Program-made: the position numbers and the translations under genes
The notes under the pieces: generated by a model
Database searches by the model: none
Told to the model about the DNA's origin: nothing
The model's input: the letters and a program-made list of their open reading frames with translations, nothing else
Origin: Salpingoeca rosetta
Lineage: Eukaryota > Protista > Choanoflagellata
NCBI GenBank assembly: GCA_033442325.1
Contig: JAWQFM010000025.1
Coordinates: 262,030 to 319,628, forward strand
DNA length: 57,599 nucleotides
Direction of reading: 5' to 3'
Shown: positions 12,849-26,080 of the stretch, one piece after another
Layout: each line of letters begins with the position of its first letter
Numbering within the stretch: position 1 is the first letter of the stretch

Positions 12849-15583
12849 ATGCAGCGTGGTTGCGAGACGACAACAGGAGGGCCACCACCTCCCAACAACA
12901 CCGGCAGCAGCGGCAACGACGTCGATGGAGGAAGTGTGAAGCTGCGGCAAAAGAAGAAGAAGACGCGACAGCCGCGCAGGGCCGACGAGGAGGAGCGCAG
13001 CCCATATCGGAGACTCAGCGCGACCCTGGACAGCGGGGATGACGACCTCAACGCCATCTTTGCCGAAATTGAAGCAGAGGCACATCACCAACAACAACAA
13101 CAAAGCGCACAGCGGCGTGGTGTCCTAAGCTCGCATCACCACACTCACCAGTGCCCAGGAAGCGATGCGTCCACGACGGGGGACGAAGCCCATCATGCCC
13201 AATCGCTGCAGCGCAACGCACCCCGACAGCGGGCACGGCGCAGGCTGCGCAGGCGCCACAAGCGTACGAGCGTTCCCATTCCCGACAGCCTCATGGAGGA
13301 GGACGAGGACACGGATGGTGAGAGCGCGTGCCACGGCAACATCACCAGCAGCAGCGCAAGCGACACAATGGACAACGCAATGGACACAGACAACCACCAA
13401 GGCAAAGGCGGCAAGTTGCTTCGGGAGCGGCGCAAACAGGGCGGTGATGCAGAGCACCACAGCAGCAGTGACCACGAACGCGACCGCACCCCCTCGTCGC
13501 CACCACAGCAGCAGAAAGGCAACCTTCGACGTGGCGGGTCCCGCGCGTCCTTCTGCGCCGCCGTCGGCCGTCACTCGTCCAGCACCAGCATCGTGTCCCG
13601 CACGGCGTCGTCGTATGTGCTCAGCCGGTTCGTGCCGTCAGACCATGATGGCGACAACAGCGAGGGCGACGGCAGCGGATATGATCGCGATGATAACGAC
13701 AGCATCACGTTTGGACACGATGTGGGCGCGTGGGGCGAGTACGACAACGTGCAGGAAGATGAGGACGTGCGTGATGCTGCTGTTGTGCGTGAAGCCGCAG
13801 GTGTGAGTGGCTTTGATGATGCTGACGATGCTGATGATGATGATGATGATGAAGAAGCAAGGGTTGCAGCTGTCTTTGACGGTGCGCTTGGGCACGACGC
13901 TGTCCACGATGCGTACAGCGCGTGCGATCACGGGCGATTGCGGCGGTGCAACGCCGTTGTCGTGTCATCTGATGCCGCTGCCGATGGCAGTGGGTGGAAT
14001 CAACGCTACGACGACAACCACCACCATCATCACCACCGCCACCACGGCAGTTTTGATGCCAACGACACCTTTCGTTATGACGACAACGGCGATGGCGATG
14101 ATGTGATGGCGCGGTTCTCGCGGTGCAGGGATTCGCAGCTGAGCGACGTCGCCGTGTCGCCGACATTCGAACGCACGCGCACACCAACAGCAGCGCGCCG
14201 ACCACCATCGTCACCGGTAACGCCGTACACACCGCCATCGCCTACCCCGTACGCCTCGCCCGTGCTCCGGCCGTCAACAGCAGCGCCCGCAGTCGCAACA
14301 GCAGCAACAGCAGAAACAGCAACAGCAGAAACACGGCGAACAGGTGCAGCACCAACAGCAGTTGAAACAACACCAGCAACGACGGCTGAAGCAGCGTCAT
14401 ATCCCGTGGTTCCGCTGCCACTCTCGCCATCATCCTCGTCAACAGCAACACGTGTTTGTGAACCAACACGCGGGAGGAGGAGGCGGAGGGCCAGCAGCCA
14501 CAACAGCTTCCTCGACGACCACGACTACAATGTAGACGTCCACGACGATGATGATGATGATGATGATACGAGCAGTGGCGATGCCATTCGCAAGCACAGC
14601 AATGACATGCTTGCAAGCAGCACAGCTGGCGCGGACATGTTGATGCGTCAGCGCTCCCTCGCCGGCAGCATCATCGTCAAGAACTTGCACGTGCGCCGGA
14701 AGAGCGTAAATCTCGAGCACGCGCCACTCTGCTTTCCGCGCGGCGTGACACTGGCAGACCTGAACCTGGACGTCGACAGCAGCGGCAGTGGCGGTGACAG
14801 CGTGGTGATGAAGTGCGATGGTGATCGTGATGGTGAGGGGGATCGTGAACAGGATGGTGATGGTGATGATGGTGGTGTGAAGGGGGCAGAGGATGGGCAG
14901 CAGGAGGAGGAGGAGGAGGAGGAGGAGGAGGAGCAGGCTGGAGTGAAGCGGCGTGATGGGGTTGCTGGTGCTGATGATGCAAGTATTGCAGCGGAGGCGG
15001 AGTACGACAGACAAGCAACGAACGAGAAGCCTGAGCGCCCAATCAACAACGTCAATATCCTTCATGGTGCTGATGGTGCTGATGGCGATGATGTGAGCAG
15101 CGGGGATGAGTACGACGATCTTGGGTCGCTCGCATCGGCCGTGATGATGCGCGGCAGGTCTGCACAACTGAAGCGGCAGAGGGGCAGCGATGGCGGTCCT
15201 GTTGGGAGTGCTGATAGTACTGGTGCTGAAGACGACGAGGACAATGGTGAAGGTGGTGAGGATGGACCATCGCTCCCCACACGAGTAGCAAAGACGACTA
15301 CTGCACCAGCAACACCAGCAGCCACAACGACTGCCTCGACAACAGCAACAACAACAGCAGCAGGAACAGACATGGACGAGAGGGAAGCGACGACAGAAGT
15401 GCCTGAAACGGGCACTGGGGCGAGCACGCCTTCGATTGGCAACAGCGCCTCGTCGACACCGCAGGCGTCCGTGTTCGCGTCCAGACGGCAGTCAAGTCAA
15501 GGCACGAGGGCCACAGACGACGCAGAGGCAGACCCCTCCATGAAGGTGAGGAGGAGGGAAGTGTGCTGTGTACATTTGTGTGC

Positions 15584-15631
<48 letters not shown>

Positions 15632-16439
15632 GTGCGTGTGTGTGCGTGACGTGGAAAGGTGCCAACGTCTTCTCATCAGCTCTCTTAACACGCCACCCCC
15701 CCCTTTAACAATCACCAGCGGCTGGATGACCTGAAGCACGGCGGGGGGTTGTCGCCATCGCGCCGTCGCTCCATCCTGTCGTCCGCCACCATGATGACGC
15801 ACCACCAGCAAAAATCGTCCTCCCCACGCAGACGATCACACGTACGCGGTGCTTGTTTTGTTTTGTTTTTTGTGAGTGTTTGTGTTTGTGTTTGTGTTTG
15901 TTTTTGGTTGGATGATGGTTGGTCGATATCCGACACCGTGTGTGTGTGTGTGTCATCAGCACGACACGCCCCCTTTGCTTCACATGTGGTCCTACCGCTT
16001 GCTCTCTCGTTTTCCCGATTTCTCTCCCTTCCTTCCTACTCATGCACGTATACACATCACACAATACACACACATACCCATCACACATTATGCAACCCGC
16101 ACTCCCTCCACCACCGCTATCACGGCAGCTTGTACCGCGTCGCCGCCTGTCGCGCGCCATCAGCTCACCGTCACCGCACCCGTCAGCATCACCATCGCCT
16201 TCCAACCACCACCACCACTCCCACCTCCACGGCTTCAACAGCAGCAGCAGCAACAGCGGTGCCTTTGGCAGTGGTGGTGGTGGCGGCGGTGTCGCGCCAA
16301 AGGGGGCGATGGTGGAGATGATGATTCCAGATGCGAACGAGTGTTTCGTTGCGCCGACGCCAAACGGAACAGCGCTCATCTCGGCAGAAGGGCAGGCGGA
16401 GCTGTGAGTAGTGCGTGTGTGTGTGTGTGTGTGTGTGTT

Positions 16440-16476
<37 letters not shown>

Positions 16477-18109
16477 ATTGTGTGTGTGTGTACGTTTACG
16501 TGTGTGTCGCATTCCAGTGAACTTGTAACGCTTCATCAACTGCCATCCTCTTCGCTGCCCCCTTACCGTCACGCTTCCTCACTCTTCCACCACCACCACC
16601 ACCGCCCCATTCCCTCTCCCCCCCCTCCCCCAAAGCATCGTTCACTTTGAGCACGGCCTGCCGAAGGTGATGGCCGGTTCCACCGTCGCCCTGATCGAGT
16701 ATCTGCTCGGACAGAACACCAACGACGACGACGGCGACAGCGACGCCGAGCACCACACCGAGGGCAGGCTGCAGGGTGAGATGGCTCTGCGCGCGCGCGT
16801 GTCTGTGTGTCTGTGTGTGTTGCCGACGCTTTCGCGTCATGCATGTTCCCTTCTCTACCCCATCCGTTTCTCCCTCGTTCTCTCACGCGTCGTCCATCAC
16901 TCGACTCTCGGCCTTCCCTCTTCACCGCATGCTAGGCTGGCTGCCGTTTGGAGTGGGCGGGGACCGCAATCACACACGCGCACAGGAAGCACAGTCCTCC
17001 TTTGAAGAGTACATGAAAACATTCCTGCTGTCCTTCCGCCTCTTTGTCACGCCAGAAACCCTCGTGCAAGTCCTCCTCAACCAGGTGTGCACTGTGTGCG
17101 TGCGTGTGATGTGTGCGTGTGTTTGCTTGTATGTGTGTGCTTGTACATGCGTGTGTGTGTGCTTGTTGTACTCTGCGTGTCTCCATAGACCTTGCATGAT
17201 CACACGATACCATCCTGGCCTCACCCTTCCATCTGCCCAACCCCATTCCAACCCCCGTACCACCGCCGCCATCGCCACCACCAGATGCAGCAGTCGTCGT
17301 CCGTGCGCGTCCTGCGTCGCCGCGTGCTCGAAATCCTCCAGTCCTGGATCAACACCGCATGGCGAGGTGGGATGGTGGGTGGTCATTCTGGTTGTGGTGG
17401 GTGGTCATTCTGGTTGTGGTGGGTGGTCATTCTAATTGTGGTGGGTGGTCATTGTGGTTGTGGTGGGTGGTCATTCTAGATGTGGTGATGGTAGTGATCG
17501 TGCTTGCGCCCCTTTTCATGAAAACACAAACTGACGCAAGAACACGCACGTACAATCTGTTGATCACATATCCACACTCGTTTACTTCGCCATTCAGACT
17601 TCTACAAGGATCCATCGCTCGTGTCAACGGCAACGCAAATCCTTGCAACAGCAGGTGAGCACGACATTGGGGGCGTAGACGTGATGTGATGCTGGTTCTT
17701 TTGTGATCGCTCGTCGCGGTTCCTGTTTCTCTCAACCCACACACGCACGCACACACGCACGCACACACACACACACACACACACAGACACACACGTACAG
17801 ACACACACACACACATACACACGTGAACACGTGAACACATGATTCGTATCACTCGTGCTCACGTTCAACACCACCGCAAATGTCATCGTTTGTCAGCGTC
17901 TGTGGACGGCCACATGTCAGACCTCGTCCCCACCATCCAATCATCACTTCACCAGCGACTGCTCGAGGACAAATCCGAGCGCGCACGCGAACAGCAGCAG
18001 CCAGACGACGCAAATCTTCCGAAGATATCGCTGATTGTCACCGATCCGGAAGACTTGGCGGAGCAGCTCACGCTGGTGTGTGTGTGTGTGTATGTGTGCG
18101 TCTGGCTGG

Positions 18110-18146
<37 letters not shown>

Positions 18147-20081
18147 AGCCTGTTTGTGTCTCTTTGTAACTGTCTGTCGCATTCCTTTTGGCTGCCATAT
18201 GTGAGCGTTCTGTTTGTCCTGCTCCATCCTCCCTCACTCATCAGTGTCGTCCCATCATCACACTGCACATCACGCCGTTACAAACGGCAGTTCAATGCAC
18301 GGCTGTATCAGCGCGTGGATGCAATTGATCTGATTGAGAGCGTCGTGCAGAACGTCACATCCAAACCCCTCTCCCGCGTCATCAACAGATTCGACGAAGG
18401 TACGTGCATGCGTGTGTGTGTATGTGTGTCTGTGTGTGTGTATGTGGAAATGGTTGACAGCGCATGTCGTAGTCCATCAATCGCATGCATCATGGAGTGC
18501 GGCACACACCTTGTTGCCACTAAGTTCTTCTCACCACCGTCATTGCACCTCACCACCTTCACTACTACTCCCACACACCCATCACACTTGTACATGTGTG
18601 CGTGTGTGTTCAGAGTACTTTTGGGTTGAGCAGGAGGTGCTGGACGCCGGCGATCCGAAACTGCAGGCCGTCATCATCGACAAGTTCATCCAGGTGAGCA
18701 CGTGTCATGTACAGCTGCGTGGACGGTGGTGTGTCGTCTTTGACAGCGCTGTTACCGGTGCAGCACACACATACACATACACACATGCACAACGCACTCA
18801 CTCACTCACTCACTCACTCATACACACTCATACACACTCACTCACTCATACACTCTCTCACTCATACACAATCACTCACTCACTCACTCACTCACTCACT
18901 CACTCACTCACTCACTCACTCACTCACTCACTCACTCACTCATACACACACTCACTCACTCACTCACTCACTCACACGCACATGCGCAACGCACATACGC
19001 TGACTGTCAATTGTGCAATGTCGCCCACCATCCACGACACAGGCGGCTGCGCACTGCAAAGCGCTGAACAACTTCTACTCTGTGTTTACCATCATCGGTG
19101 CACTGGACACCGCCAAAATTAGGAAACTCAAGCAGGTGCGATGATGCAACAGTGGTGGATGGTGGATGGATAAGTTGATCTGTGACGTTGCGTTGTGCTG
19201 TGGTTGTGAGATTTGATGGCGAGCTTGTGAATGTGGATGCCTAGCTTGTGATGTACCCTCACTGTCCTTACTGCCACACATGAACCCGCACACACACACA
19301 CACACACTCGTGAACATGCAAACATACCCGTGCTCATGTATTCATGCACACACATGCACACCTGCATCAGGCGTGGGATGGCGTGCCAAAGGAGAGCCGG
19401 AAACTGATGCAACGATTGCAGTCGCTCACGTCCACCGACAAGAACATGAAGGTGCCCAATGGGGGAGGGGGATGGGGTGCTGTGATTGTGGTACCGGTCT
19501 GATTTCTGTTGTTTCGTGATTTGTATCAACGCTTGAGAATATTTACCCTTCTTGTTGTGTGTTTGACTCACTCCTCGTACGCGCGCGTGCACACACGCGC
19601 ATGTTCACGTTCGTTTTCTCAGGCGTATCGGTCTGCCTACAAGAAGCTTGCAAGCAAGGCGCCACGTGTCGCGTTTCTTCCGATTGTTATGAAAGATTTG
19701 CGGTTCATTGCAGACGGAAACCAGAAGAAAGTTCAGGGCCTGCTCAACTTTGACAGGTATGCGCGCGCGCGTGTCTGTGTGTCTGTGTGCGTGTGTGCGT
19801 GTCTGTGTCTGTGTCTGCGTGTGGGTGTGGGTGTGTCTGCACTGCATTGCATTGCATTGTACCCCTCTCTACTCCCCCTCTCTACCCCGCCACCACCACC
19901 CACTTTTTAACCCCTGACACTGTACATGCCTCCTTTCCACAACCACCTCAGGCTGCGTGCCCTAAGCGAGTATGCATCACACACGGAACGTGAGGTGTCC
20001 ATCCCCTACAAGAAGTTGACGCTTGACGATGCCATGCAGCGCTACCTCAAGCACCAGGTACGCAGTGGTGTGCGGTGTGTG

Positions 20082-20157
<76 letters not shown>

Positions 20158-20419
20158 GCTGGCGCGCCTGTGCGTGCGCTGAGGCCTGGGCCTTGGTGCA
20201 CTCTGCCTTTCCTTCCTTCTCACCATCTCCATTACCACCATCATCAGGGCGATGCGGTGCGCGTGCGCCTGCGGTCCTCCGGACTGGCGGATGCGCAGGC
20301 CTCGGTGAGCCGATGTGAACGTGGTGCTGACGTGTCTGTTTGCTTTGCCATTGCATTCGTGATTGAAGAGGGGGCTTAGGAACTTTGTGCGCGCTGTAAG
20401 TGACCTTTCCCTGCGCAGC

Positions 20420-20490
<71 letters not shown>

Positions 20491-20630
20491 TGTACACAAC
20501 CTTTCACTTTGTTGTGCAGACGGAGCGGGAGCAGGCGCTGCAGATGCAGGTTGCCGAGCTGGCGAGCGTCCTGGAGGAGAGAGACGCGCAGCTCACGAAG
20601 CTCCAGCAGGGGTCGTCTGCTCGCATCCAC

Positions 20631-20719
<89 letters not shown>

Positions 20720-22919
20720 CCGTGTGCCTGTGTTTGTGTCTGTCTGTCTGTCTGTGCCCATGCCTATGCTCCCATTGGTTGTGCTCCCATTGGTTGTGCC
20801 TCCCTCCCATTTCAGCTCTTTCCAATGTCACCGCCTAACATATACACCACCCTCTTTCCCTCCACCCATGACGGTCACCACCAGACCTCGAGCAGCAGCT
20901 GGCAAAGACGCGGCGCGTTTTCGCAGAAGAAAAACAGGCGCTCTCACAACACGTGCGCACCCTTCAACGGCAACTCAAACAAGCACAACACGGACGGCAG
21001 CAGCAGCCTGTGGTGGATAATTCGTCCAACAACAATACCCCTGACAGTGCACATGACGTGTTCTCCTTCAACGAGGACACCAACAACAACAACAACGGAA
21101 CCACCTCCAGTGGGCGCAACAGCCGCCCGACCACGGCCGAGACGACGCTCGGGTTCGATGACATGAACGACAGCACCGATGGCGATGGCGAGAGTGGGGC
21201 TGCGAGTGACGCGAGCCCCTCATCATCGCGCCCTTCATCACCACGCTCGATTTCAATGCGCATCCGTCGGTCGTCGTCGCTTCGACGCATGAAGCGCCAG
21301 CTCTCCCGCTCCAAGAGCAACCTTACCAGCATCCCGGAGCACACGCACACGCACGCAGAGCAGCAGGGTGGTGATGATGGTGGTGAGGGTGACCATGGTA
21401 ATGGTACGCCCGACCGTAATGGCGGTCACAACGTTCATCGTCGCGGTGGTGGTGCGAGGATGGCGACCACACAAGCAGCAGTGGACACTGCCCTGTTGCT
21501 CGTGAACGGCGAGGACGCGTTGGGTGAAAGCAGCGTTGACGATCACGATGATGGTGCCGATGATGGCAGGAATCTGCGGTCGACGAGAACGCGACGTGCG
21601 CTTGCAGACGTTGTGGAAGAAGCGGAAGCAGAGGAGGGGGAGGGGGAGGAGGAAGGGAAGAGAGGGAAGGAAGGGGAATTGGGCAAGGTGCAGGTGGGGA
21701 AGACGGGGTGTGAACATTTGCCGTTGAAGGCTGCTCTCAATACGACTGGAAACAGCGCCAACGACGACGCCAGCGATGCGGAAGAGGACGATCTCATCAC
21801 TCCTCCCGTTTCGGATGCATCAGCGCACACCGTCACCAACACTGCGAGCAACACGCGGCCGGCACCGCCCAACACCAGCGCCAGCAGTGAGGGTGATGCG
21901 AGCAAGGCTGCTGCACTGTCGACGCCACTGCAAGAATCGGCGCCTGTGGCAACACCACAAACTGCTCAGCAACAGCAGCAGCAGCAGCGTTCGCACGCGT
22001 GCAAGCCGCCGCTGCTGCGTAACCCGTCCTTCCTTGTGCAGGAGTACGACCGACTGTTGGCCCAGAACATGCTGCTACTGGAGCGTGTGTCCGTTTTGGA
22101 GCAGCGGCTGGCTCATGAAGGCGATGGCAGCGTTAATGCGTGCGGGAAGAACAACGACAACAACGCGAGGATGGCTGTGCCACCGATGCTGACCCAACGC
22201 GGCGGAAGTGAGTGCAGAGATTATGTGTGTGTGTGTGTGTGTGTCTGCTTCTGTGTGTGCTTCTGTGTAGCTCTTGGTTCTTCCCTCCACGTATTTTGCT
22301 GTTGGGGTTACCCGTGCTCGTCATCCACTCGCTCACAAACCACATGCTTCATCGATATTTGGAATGCATCACAGGTGCAGTGCTCCTTGTTGCCCAGGCG
22401 CTCAAGGCAAGAGAGGCTGCACAAGGGCACCACGAAACGCATCCCGACACCAGTAGCCAATGCGTTGATGATGGCGATGGTGGTGGTGATGATGATGATG
22501 ATGCGCATGCACGGCAGCGGTTTGAAGACGAGGTGGCGGCGCTGGTTGAGTTTGTTGAGAGCGGCATGGACGGTTATGGTGGTGACAATGACGGTGATGA
22601 AAGCAATGATGATGGTTTCAATGACCAGATTGGTGGTGGTGGTGGTGATGGGGATGATGTTGCTGACAGGAGTGGTGCCGCTGACACGTGCGCGACATTG
22701 AAGCTTTCAACCGGACAGCGGATCCGGTTTCTTCCTGATGACGACAACGTCATCGCCGTTCTCACGGACAACGATGACGACGATGTTGACACTGACGGCG
22801 AGGAAAGCAGTGATGCCAGTGCAACACTGACCAATGACGCGCGCCGTCATGGTGATGCTGCTGTCAGGCAGCTCGATTCTCTGCAAGAGGCAGACGTCCG
22901 GCGCATTGCACGAGGTGCG

Positions 22920-22957
<38 letters not shown>

Positions 22958-23245
22958 CTCCCACTTCCCCGTCGCCACCCAGTGTATCCTCACCGTTCCC
23001 CGCCCGCTCCCTCCATCACCAACGCCACAGATGCGCTGAGGGAGAATGAGGTGCTGCGCTCGTGTCTGCTGCCACTCGACAGCACGTGGTCCGAGGACAC
23101 GTTGCATGACGAGTGGGACGCCGCCAAGGACATCGCCCGCCATTTCCTGCACACCACGCGTGATAGCAGCCCGTCCCAAACGCGCCTCTTTACTGACTTT
23201 CTCCTCGCCCACAGCAGCGGCGATGGTGGTGACGCTGAGGAGTAG
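12849..23245 (+). CDS. Ras guanine nucleotide exchange factor (REM + CDC25 domain) with long low-complexity N-terminus and coiled-coil/acidic C-terminal extension, multi-exon
   Basis: First exon of ~900 aa (12849-~15546). REM: AGSTVALIEYLL, EEYMKTFLLSFRLFVTPETLVQVL, RRRVLEILQSWI. CDC25: DPEDLAEQLTL|FNARLYQRV, YFWVEQEVL...VIIDKFIQ|AAAHCKALNNFYSVFTIIGALD...IRKLKQ|AW, KNMK|AYR...PRVAFLPIVMKDLRFIADGN...GLLNFD. Whether exons after ~20500 belong to the same gene is inferred, not certain. Confidence 0.82.
17373..17478. repeat. Intronic 22-bp minisatellite (TGGTGGGTGGTCATTCTGGTTG x~4.8)
   Basis: Units visible at 17373, 17395, 17417, 17439 and 17461. Confidence 0.85.
20083..20158. repeat. (TTG)n microsatellite in a RasGEF intron
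   Basis: About 25 perfect TTG units after the CAG|GTACGC donor. Confidence 0.9.
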
Positions 23246-23671
23246 CGAGCGGTGGTTTGGCAGAGTGTGTTGAGAGAGAGAGAGTGTGTGTGTGTGTGTG
23301 TTTGAGAGAGGGGGGGAGGGGGTGTTACGGAAGGGAAGCTTTGCATGTTCATGTGTGCCTGTGAGGTTTGTTTCTGGCTAGGCGAGCAAGACGCTTGCGT
23401 ATCTTCTCTCTCAGTTTAGTGACCAGTACGTTTACTTGAATTACACGGTCGTAATACACTACAGGGTTGATCGCACTTGCGTGATGACAGCCATTGCCCA
23501 CACACAGGCGCACATAGCATACGCTTGCGAGCATCCAACATGAATCATGTGCAGGTCCAATTGACAGAACAACCACGTGGTTGCACCGCGAAACCAAAGC
23601 AACACACAAAACACAACATGCAGACTTACACACCCTTCCCCGCGTCTGCCCATCCCAGAGCTTTGACGGTG

Positions 23672-24265
23672 CTATGCAAGCCACTCCACGTCCTTGAGCC
23701 TGATGCTTTTGATCTTCCTTGGTCCACCGACAAAGGGGACCCCGAACTTGTGCACGCGGGACGCCTGCGACTTGATACCTGCTATGAAAGCAATCTTGAG
23801 CGCCGTATCCTTCACAATGGTGCCCGTGATGGACGTGAGGGCGTACCATACATGCCCCCACCCGCTGTGGTGCGAGCCCACTGGAAAGCCGAGCAAGGCG
23901 CAAAACTTTCCGAGGCCGAGCTTGTGCGTGAACCAGTCGCAGAAGGATCGGCAGTTGTCGTTCCACATGTGATAGCGACTGCCGCTGTAGGAGTTGGCGA
24001 TGCCGTCGAGGTCCTCCCTGCTGTGCTCCACGCTGCCCAGGTAATAGAAGTCGCCGTGGCGATGAGATGTCATGCGGTACTCTCGGCACTGGATGGATAT
24101 CAGGCCTGGCTTGTCATCCACAGCGACTTCGTATTCCAGGAAGCGCTTGCCGCGGAGAATGTTGATGGCCGTGTGCGTTGCATCGTAGGACACCAGGAAT
24201 ACGTCCCCTTCTTCGTCTTTCTCACAGGACCATCGCCTGTAGAAGGCACGCGCAACAGTCACCAT
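23672..24265 (-). CDS. PPPDE/DeSI-like permuted papain-fold peptidase (197 aa, intronless)
   Basis: Catalytic His motif HTAINI...EYEV, then YYLGS...EDLDGIANSYSGSRYHMWNDNCRSFCDWFTHKLG, matching the YxxxxxNCxxF Cys motif of PPPDE peptidases. First ATG in the ORF is at 24265. Confidence 0.72.
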   Translation of the reverse strand: MVTVARAFYRRWSCEKDEEGDVFLVSYDATHTAINILRGKRFLEYEVAVDDKPGLISIQCREYRMTSHRHGDFYYLGSVEHSREDLDGIANSYSGSRYHMWNDNCRSFCDWFTHKLGLGKFCALLGFPVGSHHSGWGHVWYALTSITGTIVKDTALKIAFIAGIKSQASRVHKFGVPFVGGPRKIKSIRLKDVEWLA

Positions 24266-24835
24266 GGCCTCACGACTGGAAGGACTGGAGTGTTGAGGCG
24301 GGAGGGTGAGGGGGAGCTGCGAGCAAGGCACAGGAGAATGTAGGAGTGCTGTCCTTTTCGGGTTGTTCAGTTGTCCTAGTTGTCCGTTTTGTCTTGGGGA
24401 CACCAGTAGGCCAGTGCTCGGCTCGAGTGCAGGCAGGAGTGCTATGAGCTTATGACTGAGGCTATGGCTTCAAAAAGCCTCACCTCGATGGGGTGCTTTG
24501 TGTGGTTACGCGCTGCGTCGCTTCTGCCTGGGAGGAGGGGAAGAAAGAAAAATGCTGGACAGCGCAAGCGGTGGCCAAGAGCAAGAGTTGGGGAGGAAAG
24601 GAGAGGTGAGAGAGAGAGAGAGAGGGGGGGGGGCAGTGACATGACATGGCATACAACCCGTGACATGCACAAGATATGACACACCCAAATGCAAGAAACC
24701 AAAACACACACACACACAGCTCGCTACATGATATGCTGTCGCTGTCGCCAACCGCGCCCTCTCCTCCAACTCCTCTCCTCCTTTCTCTCTTTCTCCTTCT
24801 CTTTCTCCTCATTCTCTCCTCTCTGTTCACGTGGA

Positions 24836-26080
24836 ATGATGCCGCTGGTGTCGCTGCGCGATCTCGGCGTTGCTGCCGCGCTTGCTGTGGTAGTGCTGGT
24901 GGCGGTGTGCCCGCTGGCGTGCGTGGAGGGCGAGGTGTTTGTCGGGGAGGATGCGCGCGGCGCGTTTCACATCAACACGACAGAGGGCGATGCATCTGTG
25001 TACGTGAACGGCGTGGACCTGCATGCCTTGTTCGCCACCGTGGAGCAGCAGCAACACACCATCAACAGGCTGCAGGCCGCGACGTGCAAGGTGATCCCGC
25101 CCTCGGCAGACGACGACACGTTTGCGGGCGTCGCCGGAACGCAGTCCAGCAAGTGGGTCCAGGGTGTGGCCGACCCGGCCACGGGCATCATCTACGCCAT
25201 TCCGCAAGACGCGTCCGCCGTCATGACCATCAACCCGCACACGCGCCGCGTGGACGCAAACGCCATCCCCGTACCGGGCGGGAGCGGCGGCAGCAAGTGG
25301 GCCGGCGCTGTGGCCGCAAGCAACGGCCTCATCTACGGCATGCCAAACGACGCAACCTCCGTGCTCATCATTGACCCGCGCACCAACACGACCAACACGA
25401 CCGTTCTGGCCGGCCTGCCATCCGCTTCAGACAAGTTTGTCAGCGGCACGCAGGCGCGCAATGGCCTCATCTTCGGCGTCCCGTGGAACGCCGCGTTTGT
25501 GCTCATCATCGACCCCGCCACCAATACCATGGACACGACCTCCATTGCGGGCCTGGACGCGGACGTGTCCAAGTGGGACGGCGGCATCCTTGCGCCAAAC
25601 GGCCTCATCTACTGCATCCCGTTCAACGCCAAGTACGTGCTCATCATCGACCCAGACACAAGAACAGCAGACAGCACGTCCATCGCCGGGTTCAGCGGCG
25701 ACCAGGCGTGGGCTGGCGGCGTCCTCGCCAACAACGGCAAGATCTACGGCATCCCAGACCACGCGTCCAGCGTCCTCATCATCGACACGGCCACCAACGC
25801 CTTTGACACGACCACGCTCTCCGGCCTCTCCTCGGCAGACGGGTCCAAGTGGACCGGCGGCGCCCTTATCAGCCACAACCGCATTGTAGGCGTCCCTTAC
25901 AGCTCCAGCGCTGTGCTCATCGTCGACGCCGCCAACAACACCACAGACACAACCACCATCACGGGCCTTGGCACCGATACTGGCAAGTGGTGGGGCGGCG
26001 TGCTTGCAAGCAACGGCAACGTCTACGCCATTCCCCACAAAAGCGACACCGTTCTTGTCATCGAGCCTGGATGTGCTTGA
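24836..26080 (+). CDS. Secreted 7-repeat beta-propeller protein, paralog 1 (subtype A), 414 aa, intronless
   Basis: Hydrophobic signal peptide ending VEG|EVFVGEDARGAFHINT...VYVNGVD, short coiled coil, Cys, then 7 repeats of ~46 aa (KWxGGVxAxNGLIYGIPxxAxxVLIIDPxTNTxDTT), ending VLVIEPGCA. Confidence 0.88.
   Translation: MMPLVSLRDLGVAAALAVVVLVAVCPLACVEGEVFVGEDARGAFHINTTEGDASVYVNGVDLHALFATVEQQQHTINRLQAATCKVIPPSADDDTFAGVAGTQSSKWVQGVADPATGIIYAIPQDASAVMTINPHTRRVDANAIPVPGGSGGSKWAGAVAASNGLIYGMPNDATSVLIIDPRTNTTNTTVLAGLPSASDKFVSGTQARNGLIFGVPWNAAFVLIIDPATNTMDTTSIAGLDADVSKWDGGILAPNGLIYCIPFNAKYVLIIDPDTRTADSTSIAGFSGDQAWAGGVLANNGKIYGIPDHASSVLIIDTATNAFDTTTLSGLSSADGSKWTGGALISHNRIVGVPYSSSAVLIVDAANNTTDTTTITGLGTDTGKWWGGVLASNGNVYAIPHKSDTVLVIEPGCA

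Noticed and set aside
17373-17478. CRISPR-like repeat array
   Set aside because: Contiguous tandem units without unique spacers, inside a eukaryotic intron.
20058-20170. Poly-Cys/poly-Gln/poly-Asn coding tract
   Set aside because: (TTG)n lying inside a GT-AG intron of the RasGEF gene.
23477-24343. 288-aa plus-strand ORF
   Set aside because: Antisense shadow of the PPPDE gene with no recognisable motif.
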